Shown: positions 10,101 through 19,061, counted from the first letter of the stretch. The stretch: DNA of 64,000 nt from Capsulimonadales bacterium (GCA_033762295.1 JANRLW010000126.1:12660-76659), one strand, 5' to 3'. Program-made: numbers and translations. The notes: generated from the letters alone by a model not told the origin.

Positions 10101-12383
10101 GGTCGGCGCGTGACGCGGCGTTGCTGCTACCCGTTCGATGTACGGGCCGACGATCGGGTCCATCATTCCGGAGTGGAAGGCATGGGAGGTCGGGAGTCGG
10201 CGCGCCGCCACCCGCCTTTCGGATAAAACCGCTTCCAGGGCCTCGATCGCCTCGAACGGTCCGGCGACGACACAGAGCGACGGGCCATTGATCGCCGCGA
10301 TCGATAGCGAATCGTTCAGGAGGGATTCCACCTCGGCGGCGGGGAGGCGAACGGCCAGCATCGCGCCGGCCTCGACGCTCCGCATCAGGCGGGCACGCTC
10401 GGAAAGCAACGCCAGCGTGTCCTCCAGCGAGAAGACCCCTGCGAGACAGGCCGCCGTATACTCTCCCAGGCTGTGGCCGATCATCGCGGCGGGACGGATT
10501 CCCCAGTGCATCCAGAGGGTCGCCAGCGCATATTCGATGACAAACAGGGCCGGCTGAGTGACCGTGGTGCGGAGAAGGGTGTTTTCGGCTTCCTCCCGGT
10601 TGTCCGGCGTCGGATAGAGGATCGTTCGCAGGTCGACGCCGAGGTGCGGGAGAAGAATTTCGCAGCACCGGTCGACGGCATCCCGGAAGACCGGCTCGCT
10701 CTCGTACAGCCCCCGTCCCATGTCGATCTGCTGGGTTCCCTGGCCCGGAAAGACGAAAACAACGCCGGGTTCCTGTCGATCCCGGACGGAAGTGACGGTC
10801 GTTTTCGCGTTGCCGGAGGTCAGTTTTTCGATGGCCTCCTCGACTGAGTGACAGACGGTCATCCGCTGATGCTCGAAGGACTGTCGGCCCACCTGCAGGG
10901 TGAAGGCGACGTCGGCGAGCGAGATACCGGGCGTGTTCCGCAGGTGGTCGGCCAGATTCGCCGTCATGGCGTCGAGCGCCGTCGGGGTTTTCGCCGAAAG
11001 CAGGAGCAGTTGCGCGGACCGGGCCGGTTCGGGCGGCGGCGGCAGGGGCGCTTCCTCCATCACGACATGGGCGTTGGTACCGCCGACGCCGAACGAACTG
11101 ACGCCGGCACGGCGCGGCGTCGGACCGTCCGGCCAGGGCATGCGGCGCGTATTGACGTAGAACGGGCTGCCCGCAAAATCGATACGCGGATTCGGCGATT
11201 CGAAGTGCAGGCTCGGCGGCAGTTCCCGGTCGCGCAGCGCGAACGCGGTCCGGATGACGCCCGCGACCCCGGCGGCGACATCGAGATGGCCGATATTGGT
11301 CTTCGCCGACCCCAGGGCGCAGAAGCCGGTACGGTCGGTCGACATGCGGAACGCTTTGGTCAGCCCGGCGACCTCGATCGGATCACCGAGGGGCGTCCCG
11401 GTGCCGTGCGCCTCCACATAGGAGAGGGAGTCGGCCTCCACGCCGGCCATCCCGAGGGCGGTGGCGATCACCTCCGCCTGTCCGTCGACGCTCGGCGCCA
11501 TGTAGCTGACCTTGGCGGAACCGTCATTGTTGATGGCATACCCGCGGATTACCGCGAGAATCGTGTCTCCATCCTCGACCGCCTCCGCGAACCGCTTCAG
11601 GGTGACGACGCCGACGCCCTCTCCGAAAACCGTTCCGTTCGCCGCCGCATCGAACGCGCGGATCTTCCCGTCCGGGGAGATCATCCCCCCTTCCTGCGAC
11701 AGATAACCGCGCCGCTGCGGAAACGAGATCGAAACGCCGCCGGCCAGGGCGAGATCGCACTGGTAGTTGAGAAGGCTCTGGCACGCCTGGGCGATGGCGA
11801 CCAGTGAGGTTGAGCAGGCCGTCTGAACGTTGACGCTCGGACCGCGAAGATTCAGTTTATAGGCGACCCGGGACGGGAGAAAATCCTTGTCGTTCCCGAG
11901 GAGCGTATGGAAGGAGCCGACCTGATAGGACTGGGTCAGTTCCTCGATGATCTTCCGGTTGGCGCAGAGGTTCGACAGCAGGTAGGTGTTCAGGCTCAGT
12001 CCGGCGTAGACGCCGACCTGTCCGGCAATCCGTTCGGGGGCGTACCCGGCATGTTCGAGGGCTTCCCAGGCGCATTCGAGGAAAACCCGGTGCTGCGGGT
12101 CCATCTGTTCGGCCTCGCGCGGCGCGTACCCGAAGAAAGCGGCGTCGAACAGGTCGGCGTTGTCCAGGATCGGCCGGGCGCGCACATAGTCGGGGTTTTC
12201 GATCAGGTCGATATGGATGCCGGCGGCCCGGAGTTCGTCGACCGTGAAGGTGGTCAGGGAATGGATTCCCTCCCGCAGATTGTGGCGGAAGGTCTCGATG
12301 TCGGGTGCGCCGGGGAAGCGTCCGGCCATCCCGATGATCGCGATTCCGTCCAGCGATAGTTCCGTATCCGGAGTGTCCATCAT
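4173..12383 (-). CDS. Hybrid PKS/NRPS KS-AT-ACP-aminotransferase(class III)-C-A-PCP
   Basis: KS TACSTS, HGTGT, NIGHLD; AT GHSLG plus HAFH (malonyl-type); ACP GFDSL; aminotransferase DEIVTGFR and TYGK; C HHIVCDG; A core YTSGSTGKPKG, YGPTE, YRTGD; PCP LGADSL. Confidence 0.95.
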   Translation of the reverse strand: MMDTPDTELSLDGIAIIGMAGRFPGAPDIETFRHNLREGIHSLTTFTVDELRAAGIHIDLIENPDYVRARPILDNADLFDAAFFGYAPREAEQMDPQHRVFLECAWEALEHAGYAPERIAGQVGVYAGLSLNTYLLSNLCANRKIIEELTQSYQVGSFHTLLGNDKDFLPSRVAYKLNLRGPSVNVQTACSTSLVAIAQACQSLLNYQCDLALAGGVSISFPQRRGYLSQEGGMISPDGKIRAFDAAANGTVFGEGVGVVTLKRFAEAVEDGDTILAVIRGYAINNDGSAKVSYMAPSVDGQAEVIATALGMAGVEADSLSYVEAHGTGTPLGDPIEVAGLTKAFRMSTDRTGFCALGSAKTNIGHLDVAAGVAGVIRTAFALRDRELPPSLHFESPNPRIDFAGSPFYVNTRRMPWPDGPTPRRAGVSSFGVGGTNAHVVMEEAPLPPPPEPARSAQLLLLSAKTPTALDAMTANLADHLRNTPGISLADVAFTLQVGRQSFEHQRMTVCHSVEEAIEKLTSGNAKTTVTSVRDRQEPGVVFVFPGQGTQQIDMGRGLYESEPVFRDAVDRCCEILLPHLGVDLRTILYPTPDNREEAENTLLRTTVTQPALFVIEYALATLWMHWGIRPAAMIGHSLGEYTAACLAGVFSLEDTLALLSERARLMRSVEAGAMLAVRLPAAEVESLLNDSLSIAAINGPSLCVVAGPFEAIEALEAVLSERRVAARRLPTSHAFHSGMMDPIVGPYIERVAATPRHAPTIPFISNLSGDRIRSEEATDPTYWGRHLREAVRFEEGVRTLRSEPGFVFIEVGPGGSLSGLIRQQTDKSAKGRILTSLESEKPELDSLLFALGQAAMLGVTVDWQAFHAPWRRRRVPLPTYPFERKRFWVEPVHSESPATDQKIAVKAGEACFTVDVMNENQERGTSAMTVSANGSVATTVEPTRPSDRTVRLRNRLIELFQQASGMSLEGADPTAGFVELGFDSLFLTQAGQLLQKEFKVRVTFRQLMGDLSSLAALADHLDRTLPPDAPSPTVPPPSVASPTVPPVPAAPTPAPAVAAPVMANPVTPNPISAPQPSVVSAPVAFPSFAVPGTVSPEGASALERIAQQQLQAMSQLMAMQLQALQTGAIVPAPVVPFAAPVPLAASVPVAAQPSVSETSTVAGATANAPTEVKPAAVIGRFRPVNRGAVGELDARQVAFVDALVKRYVAKTPESKRQTALHRPYLADPRTVAGFRQQWKDMVYPLVFDRAAGSRLTDVDGNEYVDFVNGFGVTMFGHSPEFITRAVEAQIRKGVPIGPQTTLAGEVAKLVCELTGMERACFCNTGSEAVMAALRISRTVTGRDKVVVFAGGYHGTFDEVLVRPGLIDGRPGAKPLAPGIPQSSVDNMVVLEYGTEEALAYIRDNADDLAAVLVETVQSRRPELQPREFVAEVRRITEKSGTALIFDEIVTGFRVHPGGVQAVFGIRADIATYGKVIGGEYPVGILAGSRTFLDALDGGAWNYGDDSFPEVGMTFHAGTFMRHPQAVAATHAVLTHLKTEGPALQEKLNAKAARFVADLNACFERRQVPISAHHFGSVLHLTYDHDLKYLGLLYYLMRERGLYLLEGFPIYLTTVHTEEELTAAVRVFEDSLADLQSVGLLPGGSEVPAATTVAESPAPTVPSPRPVYIAQSPTTEAQKEIWFSARMGDDASCAYNESVSVTLRGTMDIEAMRQAIHGLIERHDALRSTFTDDGEFQKFRRELKIEIPVIDLSDLTPGGRAERIEECIAQDAATPFDLLNGPVFRAMLLRESATEHTVVLTAHHIVCDGFAFGVLLTELGALYSEAVGGDPADFPPAMQFAEYALLQEQDRSGEEVAAAAAYWKGVYAEPVPDLELPTDRPRPPFKSYNGSMERVIFDGQLLQDLNRFSGQRGTTLFTLLLSGFVLLLNRLTHQDDIVVGIPAAGQSMVGSSDLVGHCLNFLPVRTRLKPGATFAELAAGVKNEVLDAYDHQNYTYGTLIRTLDLPRNSSRIPLLSVMFNIDRAGMDGLVFRGLETKVRTNPKAFVNLDLFLNMVRTETELRLEMDFNTDLYDRETVRRWMFHYETLLRGIMADWNASLSALPLLSETDRHRLLVEWNATGADYPKDATLPRLLEEQAARTPDRTALVFQDRTLTYAEVHARANQLAHYLRKRGAGPETLIGLCVERSADMVISALGILKAGAAYVPLDPSFPEDRLAFMVEDARMPVVITERGLLDSLPVHQAKIVNLSLDHADIALESAENPSPVATAENLAYVLYTSGSTGKPKGVQIEHRALVNFLFSMKEKPGLSQDDVLAAVTTLSFDIAGLELWLPLMVGAQVVVVSREVASDGFALAKHMEEKRATVLQATPATWRLLTEADWKPAPDFKMLCGGEALPRDLAETLLRRSPELWNMYGPTETTIWSAASRVTSDSGSVPVGPPIANTQFYILDEQGQPVPVGVAGELCIGGDGLARGYLNRPELTAEKFVPDPFAATPDARMYRTGDLARYLPNGYLDFLGRIDNQVKVRGFRIELGEIENAIREHADVRDAVVVAREEAGTKRLVAYVVPTEAVTDRTEGANALRRFIENKLPDYMVPAIFVSLSSLPQTPNGKIDRRALPAPDWSSVRSESKYVAPGTDTEKTLAGIWADVLRLEQVGIHDNIFDLGADSLLIFRITTRTQQAGIQITPRQVFQHRTIAELAQVVTKAESQATTPVTPSISRLSRDANRVKRSSLQ

Positions 12384-12479
12384 ATCGTTTATTGCCTCAT
12401 AAACCCTGGGAACGAAGCGTCCCCGCTTCGTTCGAAACGCACAGAAAACGCGGCGTCGGTGCGATGACCGGGCGACCGG

Positions 12480-14471
12480 TTACCGGCTGCCGGGACGCTG
12501 TTGTCGGGCGAGAGCGGCTCGTTGCAGTCGCGCCCGTTCCGCCGCCGAGGCCGGAGCCGACCCGGTGGCGGGCGACGGCGGGACGGCCTTTCGTTCCAAC
12601 CTCCGGGCCAGGGCGCGTATGCTCGTGCATTCGAACATGACCGTGATCGGTAGGGTCGGGTCCAACCGCTGTCGCAGGCGGGCGTGGACCTGGACGATAT
12701 TGATGGAGTTTCCTCCGATATCGAAAAAGTTGGCATTCCGATCCGGGTCCGGAATGCGAAGAATGTCGCGCCACGCCTCGACGATCACCCGTTCGGTTTC
12801 ACTGGCAAGGTTCATGCCGGAAGGCGTGTTCGGCGGTGCGGATTGCGCCACCGGCAGCGGCAGTTCGGAAAGGGCGCGGCGATCGACCTTGCCGTTGGGC
12901 GTCAACGGCAGATTCGGAAGGGCGATCCAGTGGGCCGGAATCATATGGTCGGGAAGCCGCTGGCGCAGAAAGTCCTTCAGGACGCCGATGAGGGCGGTCG
13001 GCTCCGGCGCGCCGTCTCGACGAACGAAGTAGGCGGCCAGACTGCGTTCCTCGTCCGGTTTGCCCTTGGCGACAATCGCCGCATCGCGAATGTCGAAGTG
13101 CTGTTGCAGGACGGCTTCGATCTCCCCCATTTCGATCCGGAAGCCGCGAATCTTCACCTGGTGATCGACACGGTCGATAAAGTAGTAGTTACCGTCGGAT
13201 CTCCGCTGGACCAGGTCGCCGGTCCGGTACATCCGGGCGTTCGGTTCCGTGGTGAACGGGCAGGGGAGAAACCGTTCGGCGTTCAGTTCCGGGCGTTTGA
13301 GGTACCCCCCACCCACGCCGACGCCGGCCACCCAGAGTTCGCCGTTGACGCCCTCGGGCACGGGCTGCCGCGCCTCGTCCAGGACGAACAGTTCCGCGCC
13401 GGGGATCGCTTTGCCGATCGGGACGGGGTTTTCCAGGTAGGGAGCGACGCTCTCGATCCGATGGAACGCCGCGATATCGGTGCATTCGGTCGGGCCGTAG
13501 GTATTGACGATGACGGCCCGGTAGGTCTCCGATTCCATCCAGTCCCGCAGACGCGGAACGGAGATCGGTTCTCCGCCCAGAAAAACGCAGCGCAGGGACG
13601 AGACCGCGCGCAACTCCTCGGCCGACACCTCCTGAACGAGAGGGTAGAAGGCGCTCGGAGTGCAGTTCAGCAGGGAGATTCCGGCGTGGCGGATCTGTTC
13701 GCGGATCGCGACGGCGTCGTAGCGGGTAAAGGCGGGAAGATGCAGCTCTCCGCCGACAATCAAGGCGGCGTAAAGGTTCTTCTGGGTCAGGTCGAAACTG
13801 AAGGAGGAGATCAGCAGGGAGCGGTCGGCGGCGGTGATTTCGAACTCGTCGACGTACCAGCGCATCAGGTTGGAAAACCCCCGGTGGTAGACGACGGCCC
13901 CTTTCGGGCGTCCGGTCGAACCCGAGGTAAAGATCACATAGATGGGGTCATCGTCGGTGGCGATCGGCTCCAGGTCGATTTCGTCCTCGGGCGCGGTCTC
14001 TTCCATGGCCGCTTCCAGGGTCAGGGCGACGGTCCTGCCGTGACCGGGAAGGGCGAGGTGGGCGAGAAGGCTCTCCTGCGCCAGAAGGAAGCGGATTTCG
14101 GCGTCCTCGAGCATGAAGGCGAGGCGTTCGCGCGGGTAGGAGGCGTCCAGCGGAACATACGCTCCGCCCGCCTTGAGAATGGCGAGGAGTCCGACCATCA
14201 GGGCCGGCGACGGTTCGCAGTGCAGTCCGACGAGGACACCCGGTCCGACCCCCTGCCGTCGCAACTGGCGGGCGAGTCGGTTCGCGCGGGCGTTCAGTTC
14301 CCGGTAGGTGAGGGTGACGCGGGGTCCGACGACGGCGGCGCGGTCCGGCGTAAGGCGGACCTGGGCTTCGAACCGCTGCCAGATACGGGGTTCGTTACGA
14401 TCGCCGTTCGTTCCGGTCAGGTCCGCGGTCAAACTTTCCTCCCGCATTGCCGATCGGTTGCTGGTTACCAT
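12480..14471 (-). CDS. NRPS loading module A-PCP
   Basis: A core motifs FTSGSTGRPKG, YGPTE, YRTGD, KIRGFRIE, PNGKVDR; PCP IGGNSI; basic C-terminal tail. Confidence 0.93.
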   Translation of the reverse strand: MVTSNRSAMREESLTADLTGTNGDRNEPRIWQRFEAQVRLTPDRAAVVGPRVTLTYRELNARANRLARQLRRQGVGPGVLVGLHCEPSPALMVGLLAILKAGGAYVPLDASYPRERLAFMLEDAEIRFLLAQESLLAHLALPGHGRTVALTLEAAMEETAPEDEIDLEPIATDDDPIYVIFTSGSTGRPKGAVVYHRGFSNLMRWYVDEFEITAADRSLLISSFSFDLTQKNLYAALIVGGELHLPAFTRYDAVAIREQIRHAGISLLNCTPSAFYPLVQEVSAEELRAVSSLRCVFLGGEPISVPRLRDWMESETYRAVIVNTYGPTECTDIAAFHRIESVAPYLENPVPIGKAIPGAELFVLDEARQPVPEGVNGELWVAGVGVGGGYLKRPELNAERFLPCPFTTEPNARMYRTGDLVQRRSDGNYYFIDRVDHQVKIRGFRIEMGEIEAVLQQHFDIRDAAIVAKGKPDEERSLAAYFVRRDGAPEPTALIGVLKDFLRQRLPDHMIPAHWIALPNLPLTPNGKVDRRALSELPLPVAQSAPPNTPSGMNLASETERVIVEAWRDILRIPDPDRNANFFDIGGNSINIVQVHARLRQRLDPTLPITVMFECTSIRALARRLERKAVPPSPATGSAPASAAERARLQRAALARQQRPGSR

Positions 14472-14566
14472 GAGACTTCCTGTTCCTCGCTCGTTACGTT
14501 TGTGGGGCTTCGGCCGGGGCCGCCCAATTAATGTAGAACTATTTTAGTGTAACTAACTATCACGTT

Positions 14567-14596
14567 GTTATAGCACTCCGGCGTGTCGAACGGCAA
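14567..14596 (-). promoter_or_regulatory. Candidate sigma70 promoter for the NRPS/PKS operon
   Basis: Minus strand TTGCCG, 18-nt spacer ending TGC, then TATAAC, inside an AT-rich divergent intergenic region. Confidence 0.4.
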
Positions 14597-14861
14597 GCCT
14601 CGTTACCGGCAAATCGACGGTATTTACGAAAAATTTAGTAAAAATTAAGGTTGCGCGGCACGGGCGGGGCGATCGCGGGAGGACGGTCGGTCGGTTCGTC
14701 GATTACCGGACGATAAGCCGGTGGATAAATCGTGCGAACCGGATAAAATGGAATACGTTACTACAAAGATATAAATACTTGCCGGCGGCTCCTTCCGTGA
14801 CGAGGAAGGGCCGGTACGAGCGGCAAGCGCCGCGGACCGGTTCCGCGCAGGAGCTTAACGA

Positions 14862-15314
14862 ATGGCGACGATCCGACAGGCGAAGGTCGGCGAACGAATC
14901 AAGCGGGAACTGGCGGAACTGCTGCAGAAAGAGATGCGTGACCCTCGGCTGCACCTCGTTACCATCACCGGTGTGGATGTGGCGCGCGATTTTACGGTCG
15001 CCAGGGTCTTCATTTCGGTGCTGGGGTCTCCGGAAGAGAAGGCGTCGGCGCTGAAGGCGCTCCAGGGGGCGGCTGGATTCCTGCGTGGTCACCTCGGAAA
15101 GGCGCTCGATATGCGGACGATTCCCACTCTCTCCTTCCGGTATGACACCGGGATCGAACGCGGCGCACGCATGTACGAACTGCTGCGCGAGGAGCAGCAG
15201 GCTCTGGCGCAGAACCAGGAAGCGGCGGCCCACCTGCCCGAGGACGATCGCGAGGGCGATCTACCGTACGACCGCGAGGACGACCGAACGACCGAACCGG
15301 AAGGCTCCCGTTAG
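14862..15314 (+). CDS. rbfA: Ribosome-binding factor A
   Basis: MATIRQAKVGERIKRELA...RDPRL..VTITGVDV...GFLR...PTLSFRYD; CAGGAG RBS; lies upstream of nrnA-truB-ribF. Confidence 0.95.
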   Translation: MATIRQAKVGERIKRELAELLQKEMRDPRLHLVTITGVDVARDFTVARVFISVLGSPEEKASALKALQGAAGFLRGHLGKALDMRTIPTLSFRYDTGIERGARMYELLREEQQALAQNQEAAAHLPEDDREGDLPYDREDDRTTEPEGSR

Positions 15315-15316
15315 AT

Positions 15317-16309
15317 ATGTTGATGGTCGCGCCGCTTCCCCGCGAACAGATGTCTCAGGCGGTTGCCGCGATTGCGGACGCCACGGAGATCGTTCTTGCC
15401 TGTCATGTCAATCCGGACGGGGATGCGCTGGGCACCCTGATCGGCCTCGGTCTCGCACTGGAGCAACTGGGGAAACGCGTGACGTATCTCTCCGCCGACG
15501 GCGTCCCCCCGAACCTGTCGTTTCTTCCGTTCGCCGAGCGCGTGGTCGCCTCCACCGATCGGAGCGATTTCGATTTGGCGATCGTCGTCGATGCGGGCGA
15601 CCTGAGCCGGGTCGGGCGGAACATCGACACGATCTCCGCCTGCCCCGTCATCATGGATATCGACCATCATGTGACCGGCGGGGTCTTCGGGCAGATTCAT
15701 TTGCTGGACGAAAAAGCTGCGGCGACCGGCGAGATCGTTTTCGACCTGCTCCTGTCTCTCGGCGTCGAAATCACGCTGCCGATCGCGCAGAACCTGCTTT
15801 GCGCCCTCCTGACCGATACCGGCAGTTTCCGTTTCCGCAACGTAACGCCGCGCACGATGGCGATTGCGGGCGAGCTGATCGGGGTCGGCGCCGATCCCAA
15901 CGAGATCGCGGAAAGCGTTTTTGAGAACAAGTCCTACGCGGCGCAGAAACTCCTCGGACGCGCTCTGGAATCGCTTCGCCGTTCGGAGGACGGACGGATT
16001 GTGTGGGCCGTGCTGACCCGGTTCGATTTCCTGGAGTTCGACGCCGGGGACGACGCGACGGACGGCATCATCAATGCGATCCGCGCCGTTCAGGGAACGT
16101 GGATCGCCGTTCTGTTCCGGGAGATGCCCTCGGGGAAAATCCGGGTCAGTCTGCGGGCGCGGGAACCGTACGATGTTTCCGAAATCGCCCGGCGTTTCGG
16201 CGGCGGCGGTCATCGATTGGCCGCCGGTTGCTCCCTGGAAGGACCGCTGACCGCCGCCGTGCCCAATCTGGTCGCCGTCGTGCAGGAATCCTTGATGCAA
16301 TCGGTGTAA
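15317..16309 (+). CDS. nrnA: DHH/DHHA1 family oligoribonuclease / PAP phosphatase
   Basis: HVNPDGDALG, DIDHH, TDTGSF, GGGGHRLAAG motifs; canonical position between rbfA and truB. Confidence 0.9.
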   Translation: MLMVAPLPREQMSQAVAAIADATEIVLACHVNPDGDALGTLIGLGLALEQLGKRVTYLSADGVPPNLSFLPFAERVVASTDRSDFDLAIVVDAGDLSRVGRNIDTISACPVIMDIDHHVTGGVFGQIHLLDEKAAATGEIVFDLLLSLGVEITLPIAQNLLCALLTDTGSFRFRNVTPRTMAIAGELIGVGADPNEIAESVFENKSYAAQKLLGRALESLRRSEDGRIVWAVLTRFDFLEFDAGDDATDGIINAIRAVQGTWIAVLFREMPSGKIRVSLRAREPYDVSEIARRFGGGGHRLAAGCSLEGPLTAAVPNLVAVVQESLMQSV

Positions 16310-16321
16310 GAACCACGGCGG

Positions 16322-17221
16322 ATGTTCCCGGAAATGAACGGATTCCTGAATATCGACAAGCCGGCAGGCATGACCAGTCACGACGTCGTCGCCCGCGTTC
16401 GCCGGGCGCTTCGGACTCGACGCGCGGGCCACGCCGGAACCCTCGACCCCGATGCAGTCGGAGTGCTGGTTGTGGCGGTGGGCCAGGCGACGCGGCTGCT
16501 TCCCGACCTGCCGATCGAACCCAAAGAGTATGTCGCCCGGATCGCTTTCGGCGCCGCCACCTCCACCGAGGACGCATCCGGCCGTGTTACGCAGGAAGCG
16601 GACGCGTCGGAGTTGACCGAAACGACGGTGCGGACCGCGCTTCCGCGATTTCTAGGGACGATTCCCCAGGTGCCGCCGATGGTTTCCGCCCTTCACCATC
16701 AGGGACGCCGTCTGTACGAACTGGCGCGTGAAGGGGTGGAGGTGATTCGGGAGGCGCGGACGGTCACGATCCATCGCCTGGATTTCTCCGATTTCACGCC
16801 CGGTGTCCGCGCCTTCGGAACGCTGTCCGTCGTGTGCGGCGGCGGAACCTACATTCGTACGCTCTGCAAGGATCTGGGGGAGGCGGTCGGGCTGCCCGCC
16901 CACATGGCGGCCCTGACCCGCGAAGCGGTCGGCGGCTTCCGTCGTGAGAACGCCGTCCCGCTGGTCGACCTCCGTCCCGAAGCCCTGATTCCGGCGGAAA
17001 CCGCTCTCGGAATGCCGGTGGTCCGGATCGATGACGCGCAGTTCGGGCGTGTCCGCCACGGGATGGCGATCGATCTCGATCCGGCGACGGTGCCGCCGGA
17101 ATCGCCGGACGGGGGGCTGGCGGTGGCGCTACTGCACGGGGAACGCCTCTGCGCCCTCGGACGTTACGACAAGGGGCGATGTCAGCCGTTCAAGGTATTT
17201 CCGCCCGAGGAGGGAGTTTGA
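16322..17221 (+). CDS. truB: tRNA pseudouridine(55) synthase
   Basis: DKPAGMTSHDVV, GHAGTLDP, PPMVSA, GTYIRTL motifs; true start may be ATG at 16334. Confidence 0.95.
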   Translation: MFPEMNGFLNIDKPAGMTSHDVVARVRRALRTRRAGHAGTLDPDAVGVLVVAVGQATRLLPDLPIEPKEYVARIAFGAATSTEDASGRVTQEADASELTETTVRTALPRFLGTIPQVPPMVSALHHQGRRLYELAREGVEVIREARTVTIHRLDFSDFTPGVRAFGTLSVVCGGGTYIRTLCKDLGEAVGLPAHMAALTREAVGGFRRENAVPLVDLRPEALIPAETALGMPVVRIDDAQFGRVRHGMAIDLDPATVPPESPDGGLAVALLHGERLCALGRYDKGRCQPFKVFPPEEGV

Positions 17222-18168
17222 TGTCGATAACGCCCGGGACACCGCCGGTCAGTCTGCCACTGGACCTGTTTCGCGCGGACACCCCGCTTGCCGTCTGCCT
17301 CGGCGTTTTCGATGGCGTCCATCGTGGTCATCAGGCATTGCTCGAACGGGCGGCGCGTTTCGAATGGCCGGTGGTCGCCGTCACGTTCGATCCGCATCCC
17401 GCCGCGCTTCTGTCCCCGAACCGGACGCCGCCGATGCTCGGAACACTGACCGAACGGGCGGAGTGGCTTCACCATTACGGCGCGCGGCAGGTGCTCGTCG
17501 CGCGGTTCGACCGGGCGTTTGCGGCCATGGCCCCCGAGGAGTTTATCGCCACGGTTCTCCGTGATCGGCTCTCGGCCCGTGTCGTGGTCGTCGGCGAGGA
17601 CTTTCGCTTCGGTTGTGATCGGAGCGGAGATGTTGAAACGCTTCGGCTGGCCGGTCAGCGCGCCGGATTTCTGGTGGAGGCGGTCGGCCCGGTCTTCGTC
17701 GGCGGAGTCCCGGCCCGTTCGACCACCGTCCGCCAGATGCTCTCCGCCGGTAGGGTCGAAGAGGCCGCCCTGCTGCTCGGACGTCCCTACCGGCTGTCCG
17801 GAACGGTCACGCGCGGGAAACAACTTGGCCGGACTATCGGATTTCCGACCGCGAATCTCGCCGTGCCTCCGGAAATTCTGGTGCCTGCCGCCGGAATCTA
17901 TGCGGCGGCGGCGAACCTGTCCGACGGGAGCCGCTGTCGCGCGGCGGTCAGTATCGGCACCAATCCGACGGTCACCCCGGAAAACCGGGAACGGACCGTG
18001 GAGGCGTTCTTGATGGATGGTTTCGCGGGCGATCTGTACGATCAGGCGCTTTCGCTGGAATTCTTCGCCTTCCTTCGGCCGATGTTGACCTTCGAGAGCC
18101 TGGAGGCGCTGGTCGAGCAGATGGGGCGGGACGTGGCGGAAGCGGCGCGCCGGGTGCCGTTACGGTAA
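17221..18168 (+). CDS. ribF: Bifunctional riboflavin kinase / FAD synthetase
   Basis: GVFDGVHRGHQ, GEDFRFG, GFPTAN motifs; ATG at 17221 overlaps the truB TGA with GGGAG upstream. Confidence 0.95.
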   Translation: MSITPGTPPVSLPLDLFRADTPLAVCLGVFDGVHRGHQALLERAARFEWPVVAVTFDPHPAALLSPNRTPPMLGTLTERAEWLHHYGARQVLVARFDRAFAAMAPEEFIATVLRDRLSARVVVVGEDFRFGCDRSGDVETLRLAGQRAGFLVEAVGPVFVGGVPARSTTVRQMLSAGRVEEAALLLGRPYRLSGTVTRGKQLGRTIGFPTANLAVPPEILVPAAGIYAAAANLSDGSRCRAAVSIGTNPTVTPENRERTVEAFLMDGFAGDLYDQALSLEFFAFLRPMLTFESLEALVEQMGRDVAEAARRVPLR

Positions 18169-18186
18169 AACGGGAGCGGCACCAGT

Positions 18187-18945
18187 ATGAATCGCGACGA
18201 ATACGACCAAATGTTCCGGCTGGAGGATGAGCACTGGTGGTTCGCCGCCCGTCGCAACCTGATCCTTCGGGCCGTTCGCTCCATTCCGGCCGAACCGGTA
18301 CTGCCTCGCCGTTTCCTCGATGTCGGGTGCGGCACCGGCGGGACGCTGGCGCGTCTGGCTCCGAGCGGGGAGGTCGTCGGGCTGGATATGGAACCGTTGG
18401 CCCTGACCTATTGCCGCCGGCGCGGTCTGCGCAACCTGGTTCAGGGCAGCGCGACGTCGCTGCCGTTCCGCGACGCCGTTTTCTCCGGCGTTCTCGCCCT
18501 CGATGTCCTCGAACACCTGCCGGAGGACTCCGCCTGCGTTCGGGAGATCGCCCGGGTGCTGGCTCCGGGCGGCGTCGTTTATGTCACGGTGCCCGCCTAT
18601 CGATCCCTGTGGTCCTCGCATGATGTCGCGTTGATGCACCAGCGGCGGTATGTGGCGGGCGAGGTCCGTCGATTGCTGGAGGGGGAGGGGCTGGAGATCG
18701 TCCGCCTCAGCTACACGGTATCGCTGTTTTTCCCTCCGGTCTGGCTGATCCGAACGTTGCGCCGTCGGCTCCGGCCCGGCAAGCCGGCGAAGGCGGACGT
18801 GGCGTTGACCCCGCCCTGGCTGAACGGCGTCCTGCGCCGGGTTCTGGATATCGAATCGAGGATCGCGCTACGCTTCCGACTGCCGTTCGGCGTGACGGTG
18901 TTCGCGGCGGCACGCAAGCCCGTTCGGACGCCCCCGGCAAAATAA
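18187..18945 (+). CDS. Class I SAM-dependent methyltransferase
   Basis: LDVGCGTG motif I, LDVLEH, N-terminal EDEHWWF signature. Confidence 0.88.
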   Translation: MNRDEYDQMFRLEDEHWWFAARRNLILRAVRSIPAEPVLPRRFLDVGCGTGGTLARLAPSGEVVGLDMEPLALTYCRRRGLRNLVQGSATSLPFRDAVFSGVLALDVLEHLPEDSACVREIARVLAPGGVVYVTVPAYRSLWSSHDVALMHQRRYVAGEVRRLLEGEGLEIVRLSYTVSLFFPPVWLIRTLRRRLRPGKPAKADVALTPPWLNGVLRRVLDIESRIALRFRLPFGVTVFAAARKPVRTPPAK

Positions 18946-18986
18946 GGCCGTTCGTTTCGCGACGAAGAAAAAATCTCCGTGCCCCC

Positions 18987-19015
18987 TTGACAGGCAAAGC
19001 GGCCTGCATTAAAAT
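18987..19015 (+). promoter_or_regulatory. Sigma70 promoter of the TetR gene
   Basis: TTGACA (18987-18992), 17 nt, TAAAAT (19010-19015). Confidence 0.8.
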
Positions 19016-19017
19016 GC

Positions 19018-19033
19018 GAATGAACATTCACTC
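19018..19033. promoter_or_regulatory. Putative TetR operator 1
   Basis: GAATGAACATTCACTC, an imperfect palindrome immediately downstream of the -10 box. Confidence 0.6.
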
Positions 19034-19061
19034 TGAACGACGAAGATGGGGGAATCCTGCG

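Noticed and set aside
18187..18945. Methyltransferase as a BGC tailoring enzyme
   Set aside because: Opposite strand and placed behind ribF, outside the cluster.
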